Below, piece after piece: positions 19,598-27,588 of a DNA stretch of 49,116 nucleotides. Numbering within the stretch: the first letter of the stretch is position 1; each line of letters opens with the position of its first letter. Under the pieces are notes generated by a model, which had not been told where the DNA came from, made no database searches, and saw only the letters and a list, made by a program, of their open reading frames with translations. Both the position numbers and the translations under genes were made by a program. Origin of the DNA: a virus (Duplodnaviria > Caudoviricetes); the IMG/VR virus record IMGVR_UViG_3300032270_001670, positions 1 through 49,116 of that record; one strand, given 5' to 3'.

Positions 19598-20836
19598 ATG
19601 AAATTCTTTAGAGAATTAACTGAACAAGAAAGAGATCGTTGTGTAGTTGCAACGTATTATATTGAGTCCTATAAAAATATTGGAACTCTAAGAGATGCCG
19701 CATGGAACCTTGCTATTGGGCAAAGTGTCGGCAATCCTAAAGTAAGAAATCGTTGGGAAAACGATGAACTCTTTGAACTTGCATCTTGCGTCATTTATGC
19801 TGATGAGAACGAGATATCACAACTCACAGAAGGTGTTGTAAAAATTGGATTCCCCAAAGTAAATACTGATTGGGAAGGTGATGGGATCTCACATCTTCTT
19901 TGTCAGGTAATGGGAGGTCAACTGGATATTGATGTCTTCAAAGTTTGTCGTCTTCAGAAACTTGAATTCCCTGCTGATGTTGAGGCACAGTTTCTTGGAC
20001 CCAAGAACGGAATTGATGGTATTCGTAAGTTTGTTAATCGTTATGACAAACCACTTTCTGGTGCCATCGTAAAACCTAAGACTGGAATTTCACCACAAAC
20101 TCTTGCAGAGATGGTGAAAGAACTTCTGGATGGTGGTGTAGATTTCATCAAGGAAGATGAGATTCTTGCAAACCCATCATTCTGTCGCCTTGAAGATCGC
20201 GTAGAACTGATTTCAAATATTGTTAATAACTGTGGTCGTAATGTCATTTATACTTTCTGCATTAATGGTGATCATCATACCATTCTTGATCGTGCTAAAT
20301 TTGTTGCTGACAATGGTGGAAATGGTATTCATATTAATTTCTGGTCTGGTCTTGGCGTTTATAATTCAATTAGAAAGATGGATTTACCACTGTTTATCCA
20401 TTATCAGAAGAGTGGAGACAAAATCCTTACGGATAAACGCCACGCATTTGGAATAGACTGGGATGTGCTTTGTGATCTTGCTGGACTTTGTGGTGTAGAT
20501 ACAATTCATGCTGGGATGTGGGGTGGATATTTGAGCGATGATGAGAACGAACTTCGTCAAACGATGGCAACACTTCATAATCGTAATGTTCTTCCTGCAT
20601 TGAGCTGTGGGATGCATCCAGGCATCGTCAACACTACTGCGGAGAAGTTCGGCACGGACTTCCTTGCCAACTGTGGAGGTGCCGTACACGGGCATCCAGG
20701 AGGCACTCTGGCAGGTGCTTTGGCAATGCGTCAAGCAATCGATAAAACTCCTGGACAAGAGTTTCGTGCTGCCATAGATAAGTGGGGATATGAAACTGGT
20801 GGTGGGTCACTCCCCGAGTGGGTCCTTGAGTTTTAA
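19598..20836 (+). CDS. RuBisCO-like protein (form IV, RLP)
   Basis: GAIVKPKTG, GGVDFIKEDE, GVDTIHAG, PALSCGMHPG, GGAVHGHPGG..AGALAMRQA; RBS gagg before ATG 19598. Confidence 0.93.
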   Translation: MKFFRELTEQERDRCVVATYYIESYKNIGTLRDAAWNLAIGQSVGNPKVRNRWENDELFELASCVIYADENEISQLTEGVVKIGFPKVNTDWEGDGISHLLCQVMGGQLDIDVFKVCRLQKLEFPADVEAQFLGPKNGIDGIRKFVNRYDKPLSGAIVKPKTGISPQTLAEMVKELLDGGVDFIKEDEILANPSFCRLEDRVELISNIVNNCGRNVIYTFCINGDHHTILDRAKFVADNGGNGIHINFWSGLGVYNSIRKMDLPLFIHYQKSGDKILTDKRHAFGIDWDVLCDLAGLCGVDTIHAGMWGGYLSDDENELRQTMATLHNRNVLPALSCGMHPGIVNTTAEKFGTDFLANCGGAVHGHPGGTLAGALAMRQAIDKTPGQEFRAAIDKWGYETGGGSLPEWVLEF

Positions 20837-20872
20837 TTGTTTATTTTTAATTTAAATTAATCGGAGAAAAAA

Positions 20873-21520
20873 ATGGTTCCTGTTATTCCTAGTTTACAAA
20901 TATTTGTTGATAAAATTCGTGAAATTTATGGTGATAAAGATCCAGAAGTTATTTTAGATATTGGATCTAGAGATTTGGACTGTAGTGTAGATTTGCATCA
21001 ATATTTTCCTGAGGCAAGAATTATTGCATTTGAGCCTATTCCTTGGCAATATAATAATTGTTTAGGGAGGGCAAGTAACTTTAACAACATTGAAGTGTAT
21101 AATTTTGCTTTGTCAGATGAAGAAGGTGAAGTAGATTTTTGGGAAGTTCTTGGAAATCCAGGAGGATCTTCATTATTCGAACCAATTGATGTTCCATATA
21201 GCTCTGGAACTTGGTTTAAAACTAAAGTTCAGTCAAAAAGATTGGATAATGTTTTAGAAACTTTAAACGTTTCAAAAGTTGATTGTATTTGGATGGATAC
21301 ACAGGGATCGGAATTGAAAGTTCTCCAAGGTATGGGAACATATTTGGATTCTGTTAGGGCTATTCATACCGAAGCTTGCCCAAAACCATACTATAAAGGA
21401 CAAGTTTTACAGAGTGATCTGGAAAATTATTTAATTGAAAATAATTTTATTATTGATCAATTTATAGTTGCTCACGGACATCCTTACGATGAGGGTGATT
21501 TAATTTGTATTAAAAAATAA
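20873..21520 (+). CDS. FkbM-family SAM methyltransferase
   Basis: ILDIGS, AFEP, ALSD, GGSSL, WMDTQGSEL.VLQG. Confidence 0.9.
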   Translation: MVPVIPSLQIFVDKIREIYGDKDPEVILDIGSRDLDCSVDLHQYFPEARIIAFEPIPWQYNNCLGRASNFNNIEVYNFALSDEEGEVDFWEVLGNPGGSSLFEPIDVPYSSGTWFKTKVQSKRLDNVLETLNVSKVDCIWMDTQGSELKVLQGMGTYLDSVRAIHTEACPKPYYKGQVLQSDLENYLIENNFIIDQFIVAHGHPYDEGDLICIKK

Positions 21521-21643
21521 TTTGAGTTTTACAAAAGAGTATTAGTTTATATCAATATTAACCAGAATATATAAAGAATAGTTTTGGTATATCTGCTGAC
21601 AAACCAATTTTTTATAAAAATAAATTTTTAAATTTTTGATTTT

Positions 21644-24637
21644 ATGAATTCATCAACTGATAAAAAAATATCTATTATTACTGCTTGTAAGAATAGGACT
21701 GATGCTCTTAAAGTATCGTTAATGTCTTGGTTAAACTTTAAAGAAATCCACGAAGTTATTATAGTTGATTGGGATTCTGAAGAACCAATTAATCATCTTA
21801 CTAAATTGGATCCTAGAGTTAAGGTTGTTAGAGTTTCTGATAAAAAATACTTTAATCAACCTCAACCATTAAATCTTGCTGCAAAAATAGCAACGGGAGA
21901 ATATATTTTAAAAGTAGATGCTGATCATTTATTCAATCCATACTATAATGGTATTGAAAAATATCTACCTAATAATGAATCATTTACATGTGGTAAATTA
22001 AATGTTAACCATCCAGAACGTTGGTCTGAAGAACAACAAGCTACCGTAATATCGGATGAGTATCTTTCAAGTCATCCAAATAGAATAAAATATGTTTATT
22101 CCTATTCACCTATTTTTAGATATTTGGTTGGAATTCTTTTTATTGAGAAGAAGCACTTTGATGCTGTTGGTGGGTATAATGAAAATTTTGGAGAATGTTA
22201 TGCATTTGAAGATGAAGAAATGTACACTAGACTTGAATTATACGGGTTAAAAAAAGTACAACTTGATTTGGACTTTCATTTTATACACTTACCTCATCCA
22301 GATAAAAAAAGAATAGAAAATTTTAAAGGATTTGATTGGCAGGAAAGGTATACAGAATTAGTCCGAGAAAAATTATCTCCGATGCATAGTGGTGATGAAT
22401 TGGAATGGCAAATTGAATATGCTCTTTCTGAAAAACATGTTGATGAAAATAAAGAAAAATTTGGAGATGTGAAACATTACTATGTTCAACCCAAAACACA
22501 CTGGAACATTACCCAGATAGATGATCAAAACTATTGTGCATTTGAAGGTGAAGGGGAATTAAAAACAACAGTTAATAATCTTGAAGATTTTCCATCTGCT
22601 TATTGTGTAAGTCTTGAAGAATCTATTGATAGGAGAACTTATTTAAATAATCAATTTAAAAAATACAATATAGAACCTAAGTTTTTAATATCAAAAAGAT
22701 ATTCAGAATCTGATGATAAAATTATTGGCAAATATGTAAACAGTTTGAATGATGGTACAAAGGGATGTTGTGCATCTCACTTAAAAATGATTAAAGAATG
22801 GTATAATAATACAGATGAAGAGTATGCATTCTTTTGCGAAGATGATCTGAGTTTAGAAACTGTAGATTATTGGGACTTTAATTGGCAACAATTTATTGAA
22901 AGGTTGCCAGATGATATTGATTGTATTCAACTTCTTACTATTCGAAATGAGTACGATACATTTGAATTAAGACCAAGATATTGGGATGATTGGGGAGCAA
23001 CTGCATACATCTTAACCAGAGAAGGTGCCAAAAAAATTATTGACACTTACATCAAAGGTGATACTTATGTATTGGAAATTCCAAATCAAGAAATAATGCC
23101 ATTGATTGAAAATATTATTTTTTCATCGGTGATTAATACTCATACAATTCCATTGTTTGTTGAAAATATATCATTTAAATCTACTTTTGAGCATCAAGAT
23201 AATGATGTGAAGGAAGGACACAAAAATAATCATAAAATTTCTCATGATCTCATTTTAAATATGTGGAAATCAAAAAAACAAGTTTTTTCTGAATTTGAAA
23301 AAATAAAAAACAAAGTTGAAGTAGAGAAAACAGAACTTGAAAAACTTTTAGAATTATATTCTTTAGACACCGAAAACCCAGAACATAATTTTAATCTGGG
23401 TGTTTGGTACGAAAATCAAGGACATACTGCTCCTGCACTTTCATACTTTTTAAGATCTGCAGAAAGAGCAGTAGAAAGTGATACTACTCTTGCATATGAG
23501 TCTCTTATTCGTGGATCTTATTGCTACTTCAAACAAGGAACAAGAGATGGAAGTGGTAGAGGAATGTTGTGGCAAGCACAAATGCTTCTACCAAATCGTC
23601 CAGAGGCATATTTCTTACTTGCAAGATATACTGCCAAACAAGAATGGTGGCAGGATTGTTATTCTAGTTCTGAGTTAGGATTACTTCATTGTGATTTTAA
23701 TCTTCCATCTTTGAGAACAGATGTTGAATATCCTGGCAAACAAGGTCTTTTATTTCATAAAGCAATATCTGGATGGTGGTGGGGAAAAGTTGAAGAATCT
23801 AGATCATTACTTTTTGAAATATTAAAAACTTATGATTTAACTGAAGAAAATAAGAGTATAGTAAAAAATAATCTCAGATTGATGGGAATTAATGATATTG
23901 AAAACATCCAAAAAAATGAGAGTGTAGATTTTACATACCCAGAAGATTTCAATTGGTCTAATTTAACTTATGAAGATATTGTAACTATTGAAAGGGAAGT
24001 AGTCTACGAAAAAGTGTATAGGTTTTGGAATGATGTAAAAGAAGGTGATACTGTTCTTGATATCGGTGCAAGTGTTGGTGCATATACAATTTCTATCTTG
24101 GATCAAAAACCAAAAAAAGTTTATTGTGTTGAACCATCTGAAAATTTGTTAAAGGTATTATCTGAAAATTGTTCCAAAAAAACATCTTCATATTCCCAAA
24201 ATCAATTGATTTGTATTAATCATGGTATAGTTGATGATCAAAATGATCAGATTAATATTTTTGGGGGGGGAAATAAATTTATTCCTATAACTTTTAAAAA
24301 TATGATTGAAAGATACTCAATTGATCATGTTAATTATATGAAAGTTGATTGTGAAGGTGGTGAGTATTCAATTTTTAAAGATGAAAATATGGAGTTTCTA
24401 AAAAATAAAGTTGATTTTATTGCAATGGAAATGCATTTAAACTACTCTGGTTGTAGAGAAAAGTTTAAAGAATTTAGAGACAAATATTTAATACAATTTA
24501 AAAATTATAAGGTGATGTCTTGTACAAGACAAAATATTTCTTGGGGAAATTCTTTGGACATCAAGGATAAAATTTTTGATAATGATTTTATTGATCAATA
24601 TACATGTGAGTTTATGATTTACGTTTGCAACAAATGA
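21644..24637 (+). CDS. Multidomain GT2/GT7-like + GT25 + TPR + FkbM methyltransferase
   Basis: IIVDWDS..KVDAD..GGYNE..EDEE; SLEESIDRR..GCCASH..CEDD; PNRPEAYFLLA helical repeats; VLDIGASVG..VEP..KVDCEGGE. Confidence 0.85.
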   Translation: MNSSTDKKISIITACKNRTDALKVSLMSWLNFKEIHEVIIVDWDSEEPINHLTKLDPRVKVVRVSDKKYFNQPQPLNLAAKIATGEYILKVDADHLFNPYYNGIEKYLPNNESFTCGKLNVNHPERWSEEQQATVISDEYLSSHPNRIKYVYSYSPIFRYLVGILFIEKKHFDAVGGYNENFGECYAFEDEEMYTRLELYGLKKVQLDLDFHFIHLPHPDKKRIENFKGFDWQERYTELVREKLSPMHSGDELEWQIEYALSEKHVDENKEKFGDVKHYYVQPKTHWNITQIDDQNYCAFEGEGELKTTVNNLEDFPSAYCVSLEESIDRRTYLNNQFKKYNIEPKFLISKRYSESDDKIIGKYVNSLNDGTKGCCASHLKMIKEWYNNTDEEYAFFCEDDLSLETVDYWDFNWQQFIERLPDDIDCIQLLTIRNEYDTFELRPRYWDDWGATAYILTREGAKKIIDTYIKGDTYVLEIPNQEIMPLIENIIFSSVINTHTIPLFVENISFKSTFEHQDNDVKEGHKNNHKISHDLILNMWKSKKQVFSEFEKIKNKVEVEKTELEKLLELYSLDTENPEHNFNLGVWYENQGHTAPALSYFLRSAERAVESDTTLAYESLIRGSYCYFKQGTRDGSGRGMLWQAQMLLPNRPEAYFLLARYTAKQEWWQDCYSSSELGLLHCDFNLPSLRTDVEYPGKQGLLFHKAISGWWWGKVEESRSLLFEILKTYDLTEENKSIVKNNLRLMGINDIENIQKNESVDFTYPEDFNWSNLTYEDIVTIEREVVYEKVYRFWNDVKEGDTVLDIGASVGAYTISILDQKPKKVYCVEPSENLLKVLSENCSKKTSSYSQNQLICINHGIVDDQNDQINIFGGGNKFIPITFKNMIERYSIDHVNYMKVDCEGGEYSIFKDENMEFLKNKVDFIAMEMHLNYSGCREKFKEFRDKYLIQFKNYKVMSCTRQNISWGNSLDIKDKIFDNDFIDQYTCEFMIYVCNK

Positions 24638-25446
24638 TTGATAGTAAAGTAGATATTGTTATACAAGGACAATACAGTAATTATACTGATGAAATTATAG
24701 AGTCATATCTTACTCTTCCATTTGTAAATAATATTATCGTTTCTTGTTGGGAAGATAATAAAGAAAATACTTATTATGAAAAGGTAATTTTTATAAGAAA
24801 TAAGTATCCAGAATCTCCAGGAACCGATAATCGAAATTTGCAAATACTATCTTCATTAAATGGTCTTAAAGAATGCCAAAGTGAATTTTCAATCAAAACT
24901 AGATCTGATCAAAAGTTTACATATGATAGTATGATGAGTATGTATGATTTTTTCATGCAGAATAATCAAAAATCTATAAGTTATCAATATGAATCTGACA
25001 AACCATATAACAAAATAATGGTTGCTGGAATTTATAGCAATTTACTCTTCTGTCCAAGAGATCATATCTTTTGGGGGAGGACTGATGATTTAATAGAATT
25101 ATTTGATATTCCTTTAGAAAAAAATGGATTCATTGAAAAGGTAAGAATTCCAAAACAAAGATTGTGGATGTATTACAATCATTTTATAAGGACGGAAACT
25201 TACATTGGAGTTCATTATTGTTCAAAATTTAATGAAGAATTGTATAGAATGATTTTAAACCCGCATGAATGTTTATATGATGGTGCAATATATTGGTATC
25301 ATAGTAAGGGGGTAAGTGATAATATAACACCAACGGTTTTTAAATCTTTTCCCAAATCTACAGTATATTTTGATTGGCCTTGTAAACCTGAATTTACTGT
25401 ACAATCTTATCTTGATGTCTGTTCTTGGCATGAGGATGGGTATTAA
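24634..25446 (+). CDS. WavE-like LPS synthesis protein
   Basis: IVIQG, IIVSCW, NRNLQILSSLNGL, IKTRSDQ, DHIFWG; ATGA overlap start. Confidence 0.72.
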   Translation: MIDSKVDIVIQGQYSNYTDEIIESYLTLPFVNNIIVSCWEDNKENTYYEKVIFIRNKYPESPGTDNRNLQILSSLNGLKECQSEFSIKTRSDQKFTYDSMMSMYDFFMQNNQKSISYQYESDKPYNKIMVAGIYSNLLFCPRDHIFWGRTDDLIELFDIPLEKNGFIEKVRIPKQRLWMYYNHFIRTETYIGVHYCSKFNEELYRMILNPHECLYDGAIYWYHSKGVSDNITPTVFKSFPKSTVYFDWPCKPEFTVQSYLDVCSWHEDGY

Positions 25447-25452
25447 TAAATA
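25446..25452 (+). promoter_or_regulatory. T4-like late promoter ATAAATA
   Basis: Intergenic upstream of glutaredoxin. Confidence 0.5.
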
Positions 25453-25481
25453 TTAAACAAAAATAAAATTATTAGATAACT

Positions 25482-25718
25482 ATGAATTTTACAATTTATA
25501 CTAAAACAGATTGCCCATATTGTTATAAAATTAAGCAAGTTCTGGAGTTGACAGGAAACAAGTTTGTGGAGTATACTCTAGGAGAAGATTTTACTAAAGA
25601 TCAGTTTTATGCTGAATTTGGTCATGGATCTACTTTTCCACAAGTTACTTGTGGGGGTGAAAAAATTGGCGGATGCACAGATACTATTAATTTTCTAAAA
25701 GAGAATAAAGTTGTCTAA
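25482..25718 (+). CDS. nrdC: Glutaredoxin
   Basis: CPYC, TFPQV, IGGCTD. Confidence 0.92.
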   Translation: MNFTIYTKTDCPYCYKIKQVLELTGNKFVEYTLGEDFTKDQFYAEFGHGSTFPQVTCGGEKIGGCTDTINFLKENKVV

Positions 25719-25896
25719 TACTAACATAAATAATTTTAACAATCACATTAATCGTGGTTTTGAGCTTATTTTAAACGGAGGTAAAAGAAAGCAATCCAAA
25801 AATATTCATATTGTTTTTGAAAAATTGGTTTGCTTTCTAAAAAGGGAAGTGACCATCTATTTTGAATTTTCTTTGCATGTAAAGAGAAAACAGTAG
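25711..25896 (+). CDS. Hypothetical protein
   Basis: 61 aa ORF (TTG start) filling the gap between glutaredoxin and the next gene. Confidence 0.55.
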   Translation: MSNTNINNFNNHINRGFELILNGGKRKQSKNIHIVFEKLVCFLKREVTIYFEFSLHVKRKQ

Positions 25897-25913
25897 TTCC
25901 CAGGAGAAAAAAA

Positions 25914-26141
25914 ATGTTAGCAACAAGTTTAGTGTTTGGATCATTTTTAACTATTTTATTTTTTGTTGTTGGGATACTATTTGGATGGGTCGCTAGAGAA
26001 TATATGATGAACTACAGGGAAATTCCAAGACCTCACCCTGAAATGTTTGATTCGCAGGGTAATCTTATACCCGATGAGGTAATTGCATTTAATTTTGAGA
26101 ACTATCATGACAACAACGACGACACAGAAGAAGACGACTAG
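25914..26141 (+). CDS. Small membrane protein
   Basis: N-terminal hydrophobic helix, HPEMFD..GN, acidic tail; RBS aggag. Confidence 0.75.
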   Translation: MLATSLVFGSFLTILFFVVGILFGWVAREYMMNYREIPRPHPEMFDSQGNLIPDEVIAFNFENYHDNNDDTEEDD

Positions 26142-26718
26142 AACTTCTAAACCAAAAACAACATCGACTCCAACTAAAAAAATATCAGAGGATCTTCCTA
26201 CAAATCCTTTTTCTTTTGAAGTTTTAGAATTAGTTTCTAGTCAAAAAACTAGTGCTAAAAAGGTAGAACTTCTTCAGAGATACGTAGACCCTTCTCTAAA
26301 ATCTATTTTTATTTGGAACTTTGATGAGAGCCTTGTATCTGCTCTTCCGGCGGGAGATGTTCCTTATGCTAGCACTGGTGAGCAAAATTCATTCAGCGGC
26401 ACTGTGAGTGATAAGGTGAATGATGCAGTAGGTAAAATGAATGAGATGGGATCCAACTCGTTGGGTATGAATGACCAAGGGCAAACTACAATACGTAAAG
26501 AGCATACACGCTTTTATAATTTTATTCGTGGTGGTAATGATGGACTAAGTTCTCTTCGCAGAGAAACAATGTTTATCAATATTCTTCAAGGACTTCATCC
26601 ACTTGAAGCAGAAATTCTTATTCTTGTTAAAGATAAAAAATTAGAAACAAAATATAAAGTTAGTAAAGAAATTGTTTCGGAAGCATATCCAGATATTAAA
26701 TGGGGAAATCGTGTATGA
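26107..26718 (+). CDS. Conserved T4-like phage hypothetical protein
   Basis: WNFD..LP.GDVPY, RRETMFINILQGLHPLEAEIL; start at first ATG. Confidence 0.78.
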   Translation: MTTTTTQKKTTRTSKPKTTSTPTKKISEDLPTNPFSFEVLELVSSQKTSAKKVELLQRYVDPSLKSIFIWNFDESLVSALPAGDVPYASTGEQNSFSGTVSDKVNDAVGKMNEMGSNSLGMNDQGQTTIRKEHTRFYNFIRGGNDGLSSLRRETMFINILQGLHPLEAEILILVKDKKLETKYKVSKEIVSEAYPDIKWGNRV

Positions 26719-27080
26719 GTAGTGATCTTCGTAATGTTGTCAATAGACCCAAAGATAAAGGAGAATTGAACTTGGAAAATAACTTAAGTAATAATAATGA
26801 CGTTCTTCCTTCTAAATATGGGTGTCAAATTTTATTTCAAGATACAACACTAGAGCAGGCGAAGGATCCATCTTTACCGTCTGATGCTTATCTGGTTTAT
26901 TATAAATTAAACGAAAAAATTTGTTTAGATTTGTGTAGAAGTGGAAGGAAAGTTGATATTTTTGATTTTTACTATGACAAATATGGTAAAAACTCACTTC
27001 AAAAAATTATGTGGGGATATGGAAGAGTCAATCCAAGAGTTTGGGGTTATACGTCTCCAGAAAAGAAAAAGCGAAAGTGA
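26715..27080 (+). CDS. Conserved hypothetical protein
   Basis: LPSDAYLV.Y, IFDFYYD, WGYGRVNPRVWG. Confidence 0.7.
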   Translation: MSSDLRNVVNRPKDKGELNLENNLSNNNDVLPSKYGCQILFQDTTLEQAKDPSLPSDAYLVYYKLNEKICLDLCRSGRKVDIFDFYYDKYGKNSLQKIMWGYGRVNPRVWGYTSPEKKKRK

Positions 27081-27141
27081 TTTCCCAGATAGGGGCAAAA
27101 AATTCCCGCCAAAATTTTGGACTCTTAAGATTTTTTAAAAT

Positions 27142-27157
27142 TGTAATAAATGATACA
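27142..27157. promoter_or_regulatory. NtcA binding site TGTA-N8-TACA
   Basis: tGTAataaatgaTACa matches the cyanobacterial NtcA consensus GTAN8TAC, just upstream of a -35 box. Confidence 0.7.
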
Positions 27158-27165
27158 AATAAACC

Positions 27166-27194
27166 TTGCTATATAAATGCAATGGGTCTATAAT
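27166..27194 (+). promoter_or_regulatory. Sigma70-type promoter
   Basis: TTGCTA-17 nt-TATAAT; predicted start site near 27201 coincides with the riboswitch 5' end. Confidence 0.8.
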
Positions 27195-27200
27195 GACCTT

Positions 27201-27244
27201 ACGTTCATCTGGAAACCAGACGGAAGTAAGCCGACGCGGAACGG
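27201..27244 (+). ncRNA. glnA-motif-like glutamine riboswitch aptamer
   Basis: P1 CGTTC/GAACG, hairpin TCTGG-AAA-CCAGA, then CGGAAGTAAG; third stem short or atypical. Confidence 0.7.
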
Positions 27245-27298
27245 ATCGTTCATTCGCTATTCGCAAATAGCGAACGCAAACGCCGACTGAAGGAACGC
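27245..27298 (+). ncRNA. Downstream-peptide (glutamine-II) riboswitch aptamer
   Basis: P1 CGTTC/GAACG, hairpin TTCGCTATT-CGCA-AATAGCGAA, then CGCAAACGCCGACTGAAGGAACG; followed by a YRG peptide gene. Confidence 0.78.
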
Positions 27299-27329
27299 TC
27301 TTTAACCTCAAAAACTAAGGAGAACCCTA

Positions 27330-27464
27330 ATGTCACAAGTAGTATATCGCGGTGTCCCCTATGACACCGAAGTGCGTAAGCAAGAGCAATCGCAGCAACA
27401 ACCTCAACAATATGATGCCCAATATCGTGGAGTAAAATTTGTTAAGGAGATTGAGAAAAAATGA
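27330..27464 (+). CDS. DUF4278-like 44 aa peptide with two YRGV motifs
   Basis: MSQVVYRGVPYDTEVRKQEQSQQQPQQYDAQYRGVKFVKEIEKK; RBS aaggag. Confidence 0.85.
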   Translation: MSQVVYRGVPYDTEVRKQEQSQQQPQQYDAQYRGVKFVKEIEKK

Positions 27465-27556
27465 AAAACAATAACTGGCAACTTGTTCTGATCAAAAAAC
27501 AAAAAGAGAAAGAACAACGTAAACATCAAGCAAAACTAGCAATGGCGATGCGTTGA
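27461..27556 (+). CDS. 31 aa basic helical peptide
   Basis: MKNNNWQLVLIKKQKEKEQRKHQAKLAMAMR; ATGA overlap, aaggag upstream, terminator right after. Confidence 0.65.
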   Translation: MKNNNWQLVLIKKQKEKEQRKHQAKLAMAMR

Positions 27557-27562
27557 TATTTT

Positions 27563-27588
27563 GGAGGGATTGATTCCCTCCTTTTTTT
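27563..27588 (+). terminator. Rho-independent terminator
   Basis: GGAGGGA-ttgat-TCCCTCC followed by T7. Confidence 0.88.

Noticed and set aside
19598-20836. True CO2-fixing RuBisCO (rbcL) auxiliary gene
   Set aside because: Equivalents of K334, H294, N123 and D203 are substituted; no rbcS or prk in the window
27200-27300. tRNA gene
   Set aside because: No cloverleaf or T-loop; fits riboswitch aptamers. No tRNA seen elsewhere in the window
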